From Candidatus Marinacidobacterium sp. (GTDB taxonomy: Bacteria > Acidobacteriota > Vicinamibacteria > Marinacidobacterales > Marinacidobacteraceae), in the NCBI GenBank assembly GCA_965220965.1, contig OZ244852.1, forward strand, positions 2,208,001 to 2,272,000: a stretch of DNA of 64,000 bases, read 5' to 3'. The translations under genes were made by a program, and so were the position numbers. The notes below the pieces were generated by a model, which was not told where the DNA came from, made no database searches, and was given only the letters and a program-made list of their open reading frames with translations. Below, piece after piece: positions 47,475 through 57,738 of this stretch; position 1 is the first letter of the stretch; every line of letters begins with the position of its first letter.

Positions 47475-48410
47475 CTAGCGGTCCGGAGCCTTCTTCTCCC
47501 GCTCGATGACGCGCATCGCGGTGGTGACGAAGCCCGCCACGTCGGCGAGATTCGCCGGGAGGATCACCGTGTTGGAGTCCTGGGCGATCCGGCCGAACTC
47601 GGTCACGTACTGCTCGGCCACCCGGATGCGGGCGGCCTCGATCCCGCCGTCGGCGCGGACCGCCGAGGCGACCTTCAGGATCCCCTCCGAGGTCGCCGTC
47701 GCCACCGCCAGAATGGCCTGCGCCTCCCCCTCGGCCTCGTTGATCTGCTTCTGGCGCTGGGCCTCCGACTCCCGGATGACCCGCTGCTTCTCGCCTTCGG
47801 CCCGGTTGATCTGCGACTCGCGGTCCGCCTCGGACTCGAGAATCGTGGCCCGCTTCTCGCGTTCCGCGCGCATCTGCTTCTCCATCGCGGTCAGCACGTC
47901 GCGCGGCGGGGTGATGTCGCGGATCTCGTAGCGGAGGACCTTGACGCCCCAGGGATCGCTCGCCTTGTCCACTTCCTGGACGACCGCGCCGTTGATCGTC
48001 GCCCGCTCCTCGAAAGTGCGGTCGAGGTCGATCTTGCCGACCTCGCTACGCAGCGTGGTCTGGGCGAGCTGGGTGATGGCGAAGGTGTAGTTCGCGATGC
48101 CGTAGGACGCCCGGTTCGGGTCCACGACCTGGAGGTAGAGGACGCCGTCCACCTGGATCTGCACGTTGTCGCGGGTGATGCACAACTGCTGCGGGATGTC
48201 GACCGCGCGCTCCTTCAGCGAGTGCCGGTAGGCGACGCGGTCGAGGAAGGGAATCAGCAGGTGGAAGCCCGGCTCGAGGGTGGTGTGGTAGCGGCCCAGC
48301 CGCTCCACCACGAAGGCGGTCTGCTGGGGAACCACCCGCGCGGTCTTGGCCACCGTCACGATGGCCAGGAGCGCGAGAAAACCGAAGACGATCAGGGGCA
48401 GCATGCTCAT
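47475..48410 (-). CDS. SPFH/band 7 (paraslipin/QmcA-like) protein
   Basis: VVERLGRY, CITRDNV, QLAQTTLRSEVG, WGVKVLRYEI, MEKQMRAEREKRA. Confidence 0.94.
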   Translation of the reverse strand: MSMLPLIVFGFLALLAIVTVAKTARVVPQQTAFVVERLGRYHTTLEPGFHLLIPFLDRVAYRHSLKERAVDIPQQLCITRDNVQIQVDGVLYLQVVDPNRASYGIANYTFAITQLAQTTLRSEVGKIDLDRTFEERATINGAVVQEVDKASDPWGVKVLRYEIRDITPPRDVLTAMEKQMRAEREKRATILESEADRESQINRAEGEKQRVIRESEAQRQKQINEAEGEAQAILAVATATSEGILKVASAVRADGGIEAARIRVAEQYVTEFGRIAQDSNTVILPANLADVAGFVTTAMRVIEREKKAPDR

Positions 48411-48880
48411 GGACGGTCCTCCTGTTCGCGGCCGGGAGACCCGGACGCGCCGCCGTCCCGGTGGCCTGTCGGCTCCACCTGGAGCCGGATGCCTTCCACC
48501 GCCGTCACCCGCACCGAGGCGTCTTCGGCGAGGTCGGCCTCGGAAATGGCCCTCCACGAGGAGCCGCGTACTTCCACCTGGCCCATGCCGGCTTGCGCCG
48601 ACCAGCGGGTCACCGTCCCGATCTCCCCGACGAGCGCCTCGGACCCCTGCGGGACGGCGGATCGCGCGGAGGGCGCGAGCCGGCGCCGCAGGAAGAACAC
48701 GGAAACCAGCAGCAGCGCGAAGACGACGAGCTGGAGCTCCGGGCCGGGCAGCCCGAAGGCCGCCAGCAGTCCCACGAGGATCGCGGCGATGCCGGTCAGC
48801 AGCAGCCAGAGCTCCCCGCCAGCGAAGATCTCGAGCGCCACCAGCGCGAGCCCCCCGAGGACCCAGACGAGCCAGCCCAT
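48407..48880 (-). CDS. NfeD family protein (short form)
   Basis: Three TMs plus OB fold LVGEIG..GQVEVRGSSWRA. Adjacent to the SPFH gene. Confidence 0.9.
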   Translation of the reverse strand: MGWLVWVLGGLALVALEIFAGGELWLLLTGIAAILVGLLAAFGLPGPELQLVVFALLLVSVFFLRRRLAPSARSAVPQGSEALVGEIGTVTRWSAQAGMGQVEVRGSSWRAISEADLAEDASVRVTAVEGIRLQVEPTGHRDGGASGSPGREQEDRP

Positions 48881-48952
48881 GGGCGGACGATACCGGAAGC
48901 CGAAGCCGCGGCGGGAGAGCCCCGATGTCGCCTTCTCAGGGCGCCGAGGGGA

Positions 48953-50230
48953 TCAGCGGCGGTCGGAGCGTGGCGCCGGGTGGGCGCCCGGTGGGGCGGC
49001 GTCGGGCCAGGGAGACTCGCGGAGCGCCTCCGCCCAGTCCACCAGGGCGGGGTCGGCGTCGGAGCGGACGACCCGGAGGTAGTCGGACTGCGCCCGCCCG
49101 CGCGCTCCGGCACCGTCCAGCGCGTTGGCGCGGCGGAAGTGGAGGGTGGCCCGAACGACATCCTCGGCTCCGGCTTCGAGGCCCCGGGTCAGGACGGCTT
49201 CCGCCTCTTCCCAGCGTTCGGCGAAGAGAAGCGCTTCCCCGAGTCGCGCCTCCGGAAGGCCGGGGGCGGCGAGGTGGTAGTTGCCGAATCCGCCGGCGCG
49301 CCGTTCCAGGACCTCTTCGGCTCGCTCCCGGGCGAGGGCGAACTCGCCGAGGCTGTTGAGGACGCTGACCTCCTCAAGCGCGAAATCCGGATTTCGGGGG
49401 AATTGGCGCCGGAGGCGGCGCACCGCGTCGAGGGCCTCGGCGAACCGCTCCTCGCGCTGCATGAGGAGCGCCCAGGTCCACAGCGCTCCCCACCTCGCCC
49501 GAACCCCCTCCTCGGCGGTGATCCGGACCCCCTCGAGCCCGCGCTCCCGGTCGCCGCGGACGCCGAACAGGAAAGCGAGCGCCCGAAGGGCGCGCGGCAG
49601 CGTCGCGATCCCGTACTCGTAGGCGCCGGGCACGGCGTAAGCGTCCCGGAATCCCGGGTCCAGCTCCTGGACTCTCCGAAGCCGCCCGGTGGCCCGCCGG
49701 ATCGTGCGGGCGGCGCGGAACCAGGCGCGCTCCACGATGATGGACCAGCCGGCGTCGAGCGCTTCGATCGCGCCCCGGTAGTAGAGCCCCTCGCTGTCGT
49801 CGGGGTCCGCCGCCAGCATGCCGTCCGCGCGGCGATAGGCCTCGGTCATGTGCCTGCGAAAGGCCTCCTCCTCGGCTGGCGTCGCCTCGATGCGTCCGGT
49901 CTGCGACACATAGCGGTCGTTGCGCAGGTTCGAGCCGCGCATCCCGTTGCTGCGCTGGGCGAGGCGGGTCCAGATCACGGTGGCGAGGTTGTAGGGCCCC
50001 GTCGGATGGTCCGGGCGCTGCTCGCTGAGCGAGGCGTAGTACTCGTTGGCGCGATCGAAGTCGTAGTCGAAGAGAAGCTGCGCGCCAGGACGCACCGGCG
50101 GCGCCCGATCGGCGGCCGTCGGCGACTGTCCGGGACCGGAGAGCGCCGTAGCCACGCCGGCGAAGAGCAGAAGGGCGACCCCTCCCGCAAGCGCGCCGAT
50201 GCGAGCGCGACGATGGATCAGAAGGTCCAC
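48953..50230 (-). CDS. Secreted TPR-like helical protein
   Basis: Signal/TM then helical repeats (LFDYDFDRA, ELDPGFRDAYAVPGAYEY, GDRERGL, QFPRNPDF). GTG start inferred. Confidence 0.72.
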   Translation of the reverse strand: MDLLIHRRARIGALAGGVALLLFAGVATALSGPGQSPTAADRAPPVRPGAQLLFDYDFDRANEYYASLSEQRPDHPTGPYNLATVIWTRLAQRSNGMRGSNLRNDRYVSQTGRIEATPAEEEAFRRHMTEAYRRADGMLAADPDDSEGLYYRGAIEALDAGWSIIVERAWFRAARTIRRATGRLRRVQELDPGFRDAYAVPGAYEYGIATLPRALRALAFLFGVRGDRERGLEGVRITAEEGVRARWGALWTWALLMQREERFAEALDAVRRLRRQFPRNPDFALEEVSVLNSLGEFALARERAEEVLERRAGGFGNYHLAAPGLPEARLGEALLFAERWEEAEAVLTRGLEAGAEDVVRATLHFRRANALDGAGARGRAQSDYLRVVRSDADPALVDWAEALRESPWPDAAPPGAHPAPRSDRR

Positions 50231-52644
50231 CGCCAGCCCGACAGCAGGGCGAGTCCGTTGCCGGAGATGTGGACCGGAGAGTTCCACCGGGTCCACACAG
50301 CGCCCAGACGGAGTTCGCCGAGAGCGAGCGGCCGGTTCCAGGCCGCCGCCAGATCCATCTGCCGGGTGGCCGGAGCGAGATCGGCGCGAAACGCGCTGTA
50401 GTGAACTTCCCCCTGCGGGGTTCGCGCGGTTGGCGCCATGAGGGAGGCCGAACCCTGCTCCACCCGGAGCGGCTGCGAAAGCGAGAGCCGCAGTCCGCTT
50501 CCGTCCCGGAACGCGGTGGCCGCGTGGGCCTCGAAGACGCTCGTGCGGAGGGGGGAGATCGTCTCGATGATCCCTCCCTGCGCGTCGGGGCGCACGAAGC
50601 CGACTTCGCCTTGGGCGCCGACGCTCCAGCGGCCCAGGCGGAGCTCGGTGTCGAGGCCGAAGAACGCGGTGCTGGCGGCGAGCCTCCCGAACGCTCCCTG
50701 ACCGACGCTGCCGAGCAGCGAATCCGGTTCGCTCACCCAACCGGCCTCGAAGCCGAGCGGCAGCCGCCGGGGCCGCCACCGCACCGAAGCGCCGGTCGCC
50801 GGGTGAAGCGGGCGCCCGGTCCCGGTCGTGAAGACCGCGCCAGAAAACCCGTCGCGCTCGGGCGCGGAGAGCGGAAGGGCCCCTTCGGCGAGCGCGAGGT
50901 GGCTCGTGGGACCGGAGGACGCGGCCCCTCCGGCCGGCGGTCCGACGCGGCCGGAGAGGCCGGTCGCCTGATCGAGCGCCTCCGGCGTCGACAGGAAGGC
51001 GCGCAGCCGGCGCGACAACGAGGGACCGTCGGTGGACACCGCGAAGTTGCCGAGGGCATACCAGAAGGGAGCGCCGAAGTCGTCGAGCGCCATGATCTCC
51101 TCGGAGGCGAGCGCGTCGGTGATCCCGCTGCCGAAGGCGTTGCCCATGCGGAGCTGCGTCGCGGCGAGCGGGACGGAAACCGAACCGGTGGCGGTGTGCA
51201 GCGCGAGCGGGACGTCGAGGACGCCGATGGGCGAGGTGGCGGCCCCGAGGTCCATGCGGCCGTGGCCGTAGAGCGAACGGTCGGCGTAGATCCCGGTGTC
51301 GTCGGCGGTGGCGAAGAGGCGGCTCACCAGCTCCTCGCTCGAGAGCTGGTCCCGGAAGAGCTGCTTCATGATCGCGAGTCCGCCGCTGACCATCGGGGCC
51401 GCGAACGAGGTCCCGCTCCCATCGCCGGCGCCGCGGACGGCGACCCCGTCGTCGTCGGGGCCGAACCAGGCGAAGCGGACCTGCTGCCCGGGCGCCGCGA
51501 TGCAGAAGTCGGAGGCGACGCCGCAGCGGTTCGAGAACTCGGCGATCGCCCCGCCGTCCTCGCGGAGCGCCACGACCGCGACGGAGTGCCCCTGAAGCTC
51601 TTCGATCCGCGCCACCAGACCCGGGAGGATGCTGACGGAGACCGCTTCAAACGTGCGGTTCACGCAGTTGGGCGTACCGTCGGCGCAGGTGTCCCCGTTC
51701 GAGTTGCCCGCAGCCCAGACGAAGATCGTCCGGTCGTCGGAGTCCGGCTGCGCGAGGACCTCGAGCGCCTGCGAGAAGTTCTCGCGGAGGTCGGCCTCGC
51801 TGTAGTCGTCGATGATCCCCTGATACCCGAAGCTGAGGTTCAGCACGTCGATCTTCCGCTCGCCGTCGCGCCAGGCGAGGATCTGGCCGAACAGCGACGC
51901 CATCCCCGGATCCTCGAGCGCGAGTCCCTCCAGCGAGATCGGGGTGTAGACGCCGTCTCCGCTCCCGAGCGGGATCGCGAACATGGCGATGTCCGAGCCC
52001 CAGGCAACGCCGTGTCCCAGATCGGGGCTTGCGGTCCGCGCGCCGGCGGCAATGCTCGCCACCGCGGTGCCGTGGGAGGCGTCGTCCTCGCCGGTCTCGT
52101 CCGCCGCGCCGAACAGGAGCTGCTCCGAGAGCAGCTTTCCTTCGAAGGCCGGATGGTCCTGGTCGATCCCGGTATCGATGAAGCCGATGGTGACTCCGGC
52201 GCCCGGTTGGGCCGCCGGCCCCTCGAGCAGCTCGACGTGCGCATAGGCGCGGTGCAGATTGAGAAGCGGAAAGCCCCACTGGGCGCCAAAGGTCGGATCT
52301 ACCAGATATTCGGACGCCCGGGTCTCGGTCTGCTCGTGGAACACCGGCCCGGGAAGGCAGGAACCGTCGTGGACCGGAACGCAGATATCCCCGGAGGGCG
52401 GCTCCGGGTCCCTCGCGGGCGGAGGCGGCGCGACGGCGACCGGCGGGGGTTCGGGAGCAGGGGTCGGCGCCGGCGACGGGGTATTCGAGACCCGCGCCGC
52501 CGAGGTGGTGGCGCCCGACCGGGCGGTGCAGCCGGCGGCGGCGAAGAGCGCCGCGGCGAGGCAAAGGCCGGTGATCGCCCCCGGCAGGCCCCGCCGCCAG
52601 CGCGGCTCGCCTCCGGGCGACGCCGCTGTTCTCGAACTGTTCAT
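50218..52644 (-). CDS. S8 subtilisin-like serine peptidase, lipoprotein with autotransporter-like C-terminal barrel
   Basis: Lipobox FAAAGC, DTG, HGT, AAGN, GTSFAAPMV triad. Amphipathic beta C-terminus ending GWRWTF. Confidence 0.9.
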   Translation of the reverse strand: MNSSRTAASPGGEPRWRRGLPGAITGLCLAAALFAAAGCTARSGATTSAARVSNTPSPAPTPAPEPPPVAVAPPPPARDPEPPSGDICVPVHDGSCLPGPVFHEQTETRASEYLVDPTFGAQWGFPLLNLHRAYAHVELLEGPAAQPGAGVTIGFIDTGIDQDHPAFEGKLLSEQLLFGAADETGEDDASHGTAVASIAAGARTASPDLGHGVAWGSDIAMFAIPLGSGDGVYTPISLEGLALEDPGMASLFGQILAWRDGERKIDVLNLSFGYQGIIDDYSEADLRENFSQALEVLAQPDSDDRTIFVWAAGNSNGDTCADGTPNCVNRTFEAVSVSILPGLVARIEELQGHSVAVVALREDGGAIAEFSNRCGVASDFCIAAPGQQVRFAWFGPDDDGVAVRGAGDGSGTSFAAPMVSGGLAIMKQLFRDQLSSEELVSRLFATADDTGIYADRSLYGHGRMDLGAATSPIGVLDVPLALHTATGSVSVPLAATQLRMGNAFGSGITDALASEEIMALDDFGAPFWYALGNFAVSTDGPSLSRRLRAFLSTPEALDQATGLSGRVGPPAGGAASSGPTSHLALAEGALPLSAPERDGFSGAVFTTGTGRPLHPATGASVRWRPRRLPLGFEAGWVSEPDSLLGSVGQGAFGRLAASTAFFGLDTELRLGRWSVGAQGEVGFVRPDAQGGIIETISPLRTSVFEAHAATAFRDGSGLRLSLSQPLRVEQGSASLMAPTARTPQGEVHYSAFRADLAPATRQMDLAAAWNRPLALGELRLGAVWTRWNSPVHISGNGLALLSGWRWTF

Positions 52645-52655
52645 GGCGCGCCTCC

Positions 52656-54392
52656 TCACATGCACGGCAGCTCACGGGATCTGGCGGCCGCGACGCCGCT
52701 CCCCGCCTGCCGGTAGAGCGGGAGCACATCGAGCCGTCCCGCGATTTCGTCCTCGAGCGCCCGGAATCCGGCCCCGTCGAGTCCACCGAGCTCGGTCTCG
52801 AGGCGCTCCGCCGACAGCCCCTCGGGAAGCCCGGTGTAGCTGGGAGCGAGATCTTCCTCGGCGATCCCGCCGAGGACCTCGGCCTGGACCCGGCGGGCCT
52901 CCGACTCGCTCACGGTGGCGGCCACGCCGAACCGCCGGCCGGCGGCATCCATGAGGAGATCCGCGAACGAGAAACCGGAGCCTCCCGCGCTCGCATCCAC
53001 CCGCTCCTTGATCAGCCCGGCGCGTTCCGGGAACCCGTCGGGCGCGACCTGGGTCAGGCCGGCGCTGAGAAGGAAGTGGCGCGCCCAGTCCCGGCGGCCG
53101 CCGAGAGTCAGCGCCAGGCGCTGGTCCAGATCGCGCGCCGTCCGGGCGGCGTCCGGAAACCCGGCGAGCGAGAGCAACGCCGGGTGTCCCGCCGCGCCGC
53201 CGAGCACGAGGAGGGCGGCGCGATTCTCGGGGACGGCGGGGCTTCCGGCGGACCGCTCGGCGGCCAGCCCGAACACCGCCTCGAGCGCCCCGGCGATCCG
53301 GTCCGGACGCTCGCGGATCCCGTCCGCGGCCCGCTCGAGCCGGAACAGATAGTCATCCACCGGCGCCCGCCGCGTCACCGCGGCGGCGAGACTGGCGGAC
53401 CGGCGCATCACCACCGAGGAGTCGGCGATCACGATCCCGGCCCCAACCCACTGGGACGGCTCGAGAAACGGAGCCAGCGAGGAACCCCGGCGGAGCCAGC
53501 GCGACAGCACCCTGGACGCAGGGCGAACGACCCACGGGGGCGCCGAGAGGTCGCCGATGGAAACGGACCGCATCCCCACGCGGAATTCCCCGTCGGTGAA
53601 CGAGGGACGGGCGGCGCCCCCCAGGTTCATGTACCGGACGCCGAGGAGCGGGACGCTCCACGGCAGGGAGAACCGGACCTGGAGGGCATCGCCCTCCGCG
53701 AAGAGCGCCAGCCGGGTCGCGGGGGAAAGGCCGGCGGCGGCGACGGCGAGGCGGAGGGCGCTCTGGAAGGCCTCGGTGTCGAGTTCGATCCGGGATCCAC
53801 CACCGTCTGCGGGACCGGCGCCCGACAGCGCGACGTCGTAATCGGCGGCCGCCGGGGTCGGCGCCCCGACCGGCTCCGCCGACGCCACCCGGTCCGTCAG
53901 CACGAGGAGCGCCACCGCGGCGATCGCGAGCAGCACCGCGCCGATCCCGAGAAGCGCCGGGATCAGCAGCAGCGCCGCCCCCAGTCCCCGGGACAGGACG
54001 GTTCCGAGCAACACCCCGGCGAGCATCCCGGCCAGGGGCGCGAGCAGATCCAGCGCCCCCGGCGCCTGGAACTGGTCCAGGACGGCGAAGGGATTCTGTT
54101 CGGGCGCCGCCAGAACCAGCACTGTCACCGCCGCCGCCAGCGGAAGCGAGGGGATCAGGACGAAGAAGAACGTCGAGAACGCCCCCCGCATCCGGGGGAG
54201 AACCAGCGGAACCAGAAAGCCCGCCGGAAGAAACCACAGCGCCTCGGCGGCGAGCCCGGTGACCAGGGGCCCGAGGGCGCGGCCCGGAGCACCGGGGTCG
54301 GGCCCCTGAGCCGCCGCGAACCACGCCCAGACGGCGAGGGCGCCCAGCGCGAGGAGATTCCTCAGCCCGAAACGGGGAGGGTGCTCGCGCAT
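52656..54392 (-). CDS. Hypothetical membrane protein (VanZ-like N-terminal TMs + helical C-domain)
   Basis: Five N-terminal TMs, C-terminal motif RRDWARHFLLSAGL...KERVDA...GSGFSFADLLMDAAG. Confidence 0.65.
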   Translation of the reverse strand: MREHPPRFGLRNLLALGALAVWAWFAAAQGPDPGAPGRALGPLVTGLAAEALWFLPAGFLVPLVLPRMRGAFSTFFFVLIPSLPLAAAVTVLVLAAPEQNPFAVLDQFQAPGALDLLAPLAGMLAGVLLGTVLSRGLGAALLLIPALLGIGAVLLAIAAVALLVLTDRVASAEPVGAPTPAAADYDVALSGAGPADGGGSRIELDTEAFQSALRLAVAAAGLSPATRLALFAEGDALQVRFSLPWSVPLLGVRYMNLGGAARPSFTDGEFRVGMRSVSIGDLSAPPWVVRPASRVLSRWLRRGSSLAPFLEPSQWVGAGIVIADSSVVMRRSASLAAAVTRRAPVDDYLFRLERAADGIRERPDRIAGALEAVFGLAAERSAGSPAVPENRAALLVLGGAAGHPALLSLAGFPDAARTARDLDQRLALTLGGRRDWARHFLLSAGLTQVAPDGFPERAGLIKERVDASAGGSGFSFADLLMDAAGRRFGVAATVSESEARRVQAEVLGGIAEEDLAPSYTGLPEGLSAERLETELGGLDGAGFRALEDEIAGRLDVLPLYRQAGSGVAAARSRELPCM

Positions 54393-54408
54393 CGGGGAAT
54401 CGGACCGG

Positions 54409-57400
54409 TCAGGGCGCGTCCGCCGCGGCGCGCGCCTCGGCGATCGCCCGCCAGAGCGGCGGCATCTGCTCCGTCGTCAGTTCCTCGAACTCCGCTCTCG
54501 CCGCCTCGAACCGCTCGGTGAGAATCCCGTGCACTTCGCGCTGCTGGTCCGTGGGACCGAAGTCGGCGCCGTCCCAGCCCACATCGTTCGCAAGCGCCCC
54601 GAGGCGCCCGTAGAGGCGCATCGGCGCCCGGAAGGAGTCCTCGCGGGAGCCGGTGAGACCCACATCGAAGAAACGACCCTCGATGGCGAGCGCGGTGCCG
54701 GCGATCTCGGAAGCGTTCTCGAGCACCGCGGTGAACCGTTCGTCGCCACTGCGCCGCGCCTCGACGTACTCCTCGAAGTCCTGGATTTCCCTCCGGATGA
54801 ACTCGAGCTCGTCAACCATTTCGGCCAGCTCGTCGAGCTGCGTGTGGATCTGGCGAAGGAACGCGTACTTGGCCTCGATGTCGGCGGTGGTCCCCGCCGA
54901 GGCCGGGTCCTGCTCCACCAGGAGGGTCGTCTCCCCGGAATGGTCACCGACTTCGACGCGGGCGGTGTAGGTCCCCGGAGGGACGAGCGCGCCCCGATAC
55001 CCGGGCACGATGTCGAGATCCCAGACCCGGATCCGGCGCTCGCCGTCCTCACCCATTTCGACCCAGTCGCGATCCGGCGGGCGGGTGCGAAGGGTCGCGC
55101 GGGCCGGCGCCTCCCGGCGCAGGTCCCAGTGGATCCGGGAGAGTCCGGTGGCGGCGGGAGCGTTCAGCGTGCGGACGACCTCTCCGGCCCCGTCGGTGAT
55201 CGTGACCGTCGCCCGACCCGCAGCGTCTTCCGCCGTCCACCACGAAATCGCGGCGCCGTAGGGCGGGTTCTGGCCGGTCGACAGGCCGCCCGGTTCCGTC
55301 TTGATTCCCTGGGTGGGCAGGAAGCGCCATGCGGTTCCGGAATCGAAGACGCGGAACGGCTCCGGGTCGGAGCCGGCCAGCTCCCGCAGGGGTCCGATCC
55401 CGTCGAGGATCCAGAACCCCCGGCCGTAGGTGGCCACCACGAGGTCATCGAAGCGTTCCTGGATCACGAGGTCGTAGATCGGCGCCGGCGGCATGTTGCG
55501 CCGCAGCGGAAACCAGGCCTCGCCATCGTCGAGACTGGCCCAGACCTGGTTGTCGGTCCCCGCAAAGAGCAGGCCGGCGCGCTTCGGATCCTCGCGCACG
55601 ACGTGCACGAAGGAGAAGGGCGACTCGGCGATCGACCCGCTGATCCGGTCCCAGCTTTCTCCGAGGTCGCGGGTGCGGTAGATGTGCGGGCGGAAGTCCC
55701 CCGACTGGTACCAGGTCACCGCCATGTAGGCGGTCCGTGGATCGTGGGATGAGGGGGAGATCGACTTGATCCAGGCGTCCTGGTCCAGCCCGGGGACCCG
55801 GTCGCTGCGATCCAGCCAGGTCTCGCCCCCGTCGGTCGTGACGTGCACCCGGCCGTCCACGCTGCCGGCCCAGAGCTGCCCCTGCTCGAGGGGAGACTCG
55901 GCCAGCGCGAAGAGCACCGACCCGTCGAAGGTGAAGAGGTTGTCGATGGTGACGCCGCCGGAGTCCTGCTGGCGGGACTTGTCGTTCGTCGTCAGATCGG
56001 GACTGATCGTCTCCCACGATTGCCCCCGGTCGCGGCTACGGTGGACGAACTGGCTTCCCACCCAGGTCACCCCCGGCTCATGGCGGGAGAGGACCATCGG
56101 GAAGTTCCAGTGCCAGCGGATCTTCACGTCGGCCGGCGCCCAGCCGTAGGACGCCTCCGGCCAGACGCGCACGTCGCGGACGTGGCCGGTCCGGTCGTCG
56201 TACACCTCGAGACCGCCGTCGTAGCACCCGGACCAGACGATGTTGTCGTCGTGCGGCTCGGGCGTCGCCCAGCCGGTCTCGCAGCCGCCGACGCCGCGCC
56301 ACAGGCCGAGCGGAATGCCACCGCCGGTCGTGCGGCTGGGGCCCCGGTAGGAATAGCCGTCCTGGCGGTTGCCGTAGACGCGGTATGGGATCCGGTCGTC
56401 CACGGTGACGTGGTACATCTGCGCGACCGGGGGGACGATCCGGCGCCAGCTCGTCCCCCGGTTGAGCGAAATGCTCCCGCCCTGGTCGTGACCGACCATG
56501 ATGCGGCCGGGGAGCCAGGGGTCGACCCACACATCGTGGTTGTCCCCGCCGGCCCGGTAGGAGGTCTCGTGAAGCGATTGGCCCCCGTCGACCGAGGTTC
56601 CGAAGAGCACCTGGGCGAAGTAGATGCGGTTCGCGTCCGTCGCATCCACCGCGAACCGGATGTAGTAGGGGGCCCGCTCGGCCAGATCGTGGTGGGTCAG
56701 CGTCAGTCGCCAGGAGTCCCCGCCATCGTCCGACCGGTAAAAGCCCGGCGCCTCGTCTTCGACCAGCGCGTACCAGCGGTCCGGGTCGCTCGGCGCGATG
56801 CCCACGGCGATCTTGCCGACCGGATGGCCGGCGCCGCCGGGAAGCCCCCGGCCGCCCGACGCGCCCTCGGTCGTGGGCCCGGAAAGGCGTTCCCAGGTGT
56901 CGCCTCCGTCGAGCGACCGGTACGCGCCGCTTCCCGGGCCCCCGCTCTGAAGGCCCCAGGTGTCGATCCGGAGCGCCCACATGCCGGCCAGCAGCCGGTC
57001 CGGGTGATGGAGGTCCAACGCGAGGTCGGAGCACCCGGTGTTCTCGTCCACGTGGAGCACGAGTTCCCAGGTTGCGCCTCCGTCGTGCGTCCGGTAGACC
57101 CCGCGCTCCGGCTGGGGGGCGTAGGAATGGCCGAGGGCGCAGGCGTAGACGCGCTCGGGGTCGTCCGGGTGGACGAGGATGCGCGCGATCCGGCCGGTGG
57201 CTTCGAGGCCCCGGTGCTGGAAGGAGCGGCCGCCGTCGACCGACCGGTAGATCCCGTTCCCCATCGCCAGCGCCGGACGGATGATGAAGGTCTCGCCGGT
57301 TCCGGCCCAGACTTCGGCTGGCCGGGAGGGTGAGACCGCCATCGCGCTGACGGAGGCGGCGTCGTGGTCATCGAAGACGGAACTCCACGAGACGCCGCCA

Positions 57401-57624
57401 TCGTCGGTCCGCCAGATTCCACCCGAGGCGGCGCCGAAGAAGGCGATGTCGGGGTTGCCCCAGACGCCGGTCGCGGCGCTCAGCCGGTTCCCGTCCGGGC
57501 CGATCGTGCGCCAGCGAAGCCCCTGGAGATGATCCGGATCCGGCGGACCCGGCTGCGCCGCGACGGAGGCCGCGAGCCCGACGCCGCAGAGCGCCACAAG
57601 AAGAACGGAGAACCGGTCGCGCAT
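54409..57624 (-). CDS. VPS10/BNR-repeat (sialidase-like) secreted glycosyl hydrolase-type protein
   Basis: LRWRTIGP, multiple Asp-box repeats (RTDDGGVSW, SLDGGDTW, SDDGGDSW, TTDGGETW), LVVATYGRGFWILD. Confidence 0.9.
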   Translation of the reverse strand: MRDRFSVLLVALCGVGLAASVAAQPGPPDPDHLQGLRWRTIGPDGNRLSAATGVWGNPDIAFFGAASGGIWRTDDGGVSWSSVFDDHDAASVSAMAVSPSRPAEVWAGTGETFIIRPALAMGNGIYRSVDGGRSFQHRGLEATGRIARILVHPDDPERVYACALGHSYAPQPERGVYRTHDGGATWELVLHVDENTGCSDLALDLHHPDRLLAGMWALRIDTWGLQSGGPGSGAYRSLDGGDTWERLSGPTTEGASGGRGLPGGAGHPVGKIAVGIAPSDPDRWYALVEDEAPGFYRSDDGGDSWRLTLTHHDLAERAPYYIRFAVDATDANRIYFAQVLFGTSVDGGQSLHETSYRAGGDNHDVWVDPWLPGRIMVGHDQGGSISLNRGTSWRRIVPPVAQMYHVTVDDRIPYRVYGNRQDGYSYRGPSRTTGGGIPLGLWRGVGGCETGWATPEPHDDNIVWSGCYDGGLEVYDDRTGHVRDVRVWPEASYGWAPADVKIRWHWNFPMVLSRHEPGVTWVGSQFVHRSRDRGQSWETISPDLTTNDKSRQQDSGGVTIDNLFTFDGSVLFALAESPLEQGQLWAGSVDGRVHVTTDGGETWLDRSDRVPGLDQDAWIKSISPSSHDPRTAYMAVTWYQSGDFRPHIYRTRDLGESWDRISGSIAESPFSFVHVVREDPKRAGLLFAGTDNQVWASLDDGEAWFPLRRNMPPAPIYDLVIQERFDDLVVATYGRGFWILDGIGPLRELAGSDPEPFRVFDSGTAWRFLPTQGIKTEPGGLSTGQNPPYGAAISWWTAEDAAGRATVTITDGAGEVVRTLNAPAATGLSRIHWDLRREAPARATLRTRPPDRDWVEMGEDGERRIRVWDLDIVPGYRGALVPPGTYTARVEVGDHSGETTLLVEQDPASAGTTADIEAKYAFLRQIHTQLDELAEMVDELEFIRREIQDFEEYVEARRSGDERFTAVLENASEIAGTALAIEGRFFDVGLTGSREDSFRAPMRLYGRLGALANDVGWDGADFGPTDQQREVHGILTERFEAARAEFEELTTEQMPPLWRAIAEARAAADAP

Positions 57625-57738
57625 GGCGACGGGAAGCTAGCAGAGCCGAAGGGCGCCGACGACTTCGGTAGGATCGGCTGACGGCCTGTTGACGGTCCGC
57701 AGCGCGCCTGCGGCGACGCCTCGGGAAGGGAGGGATCC

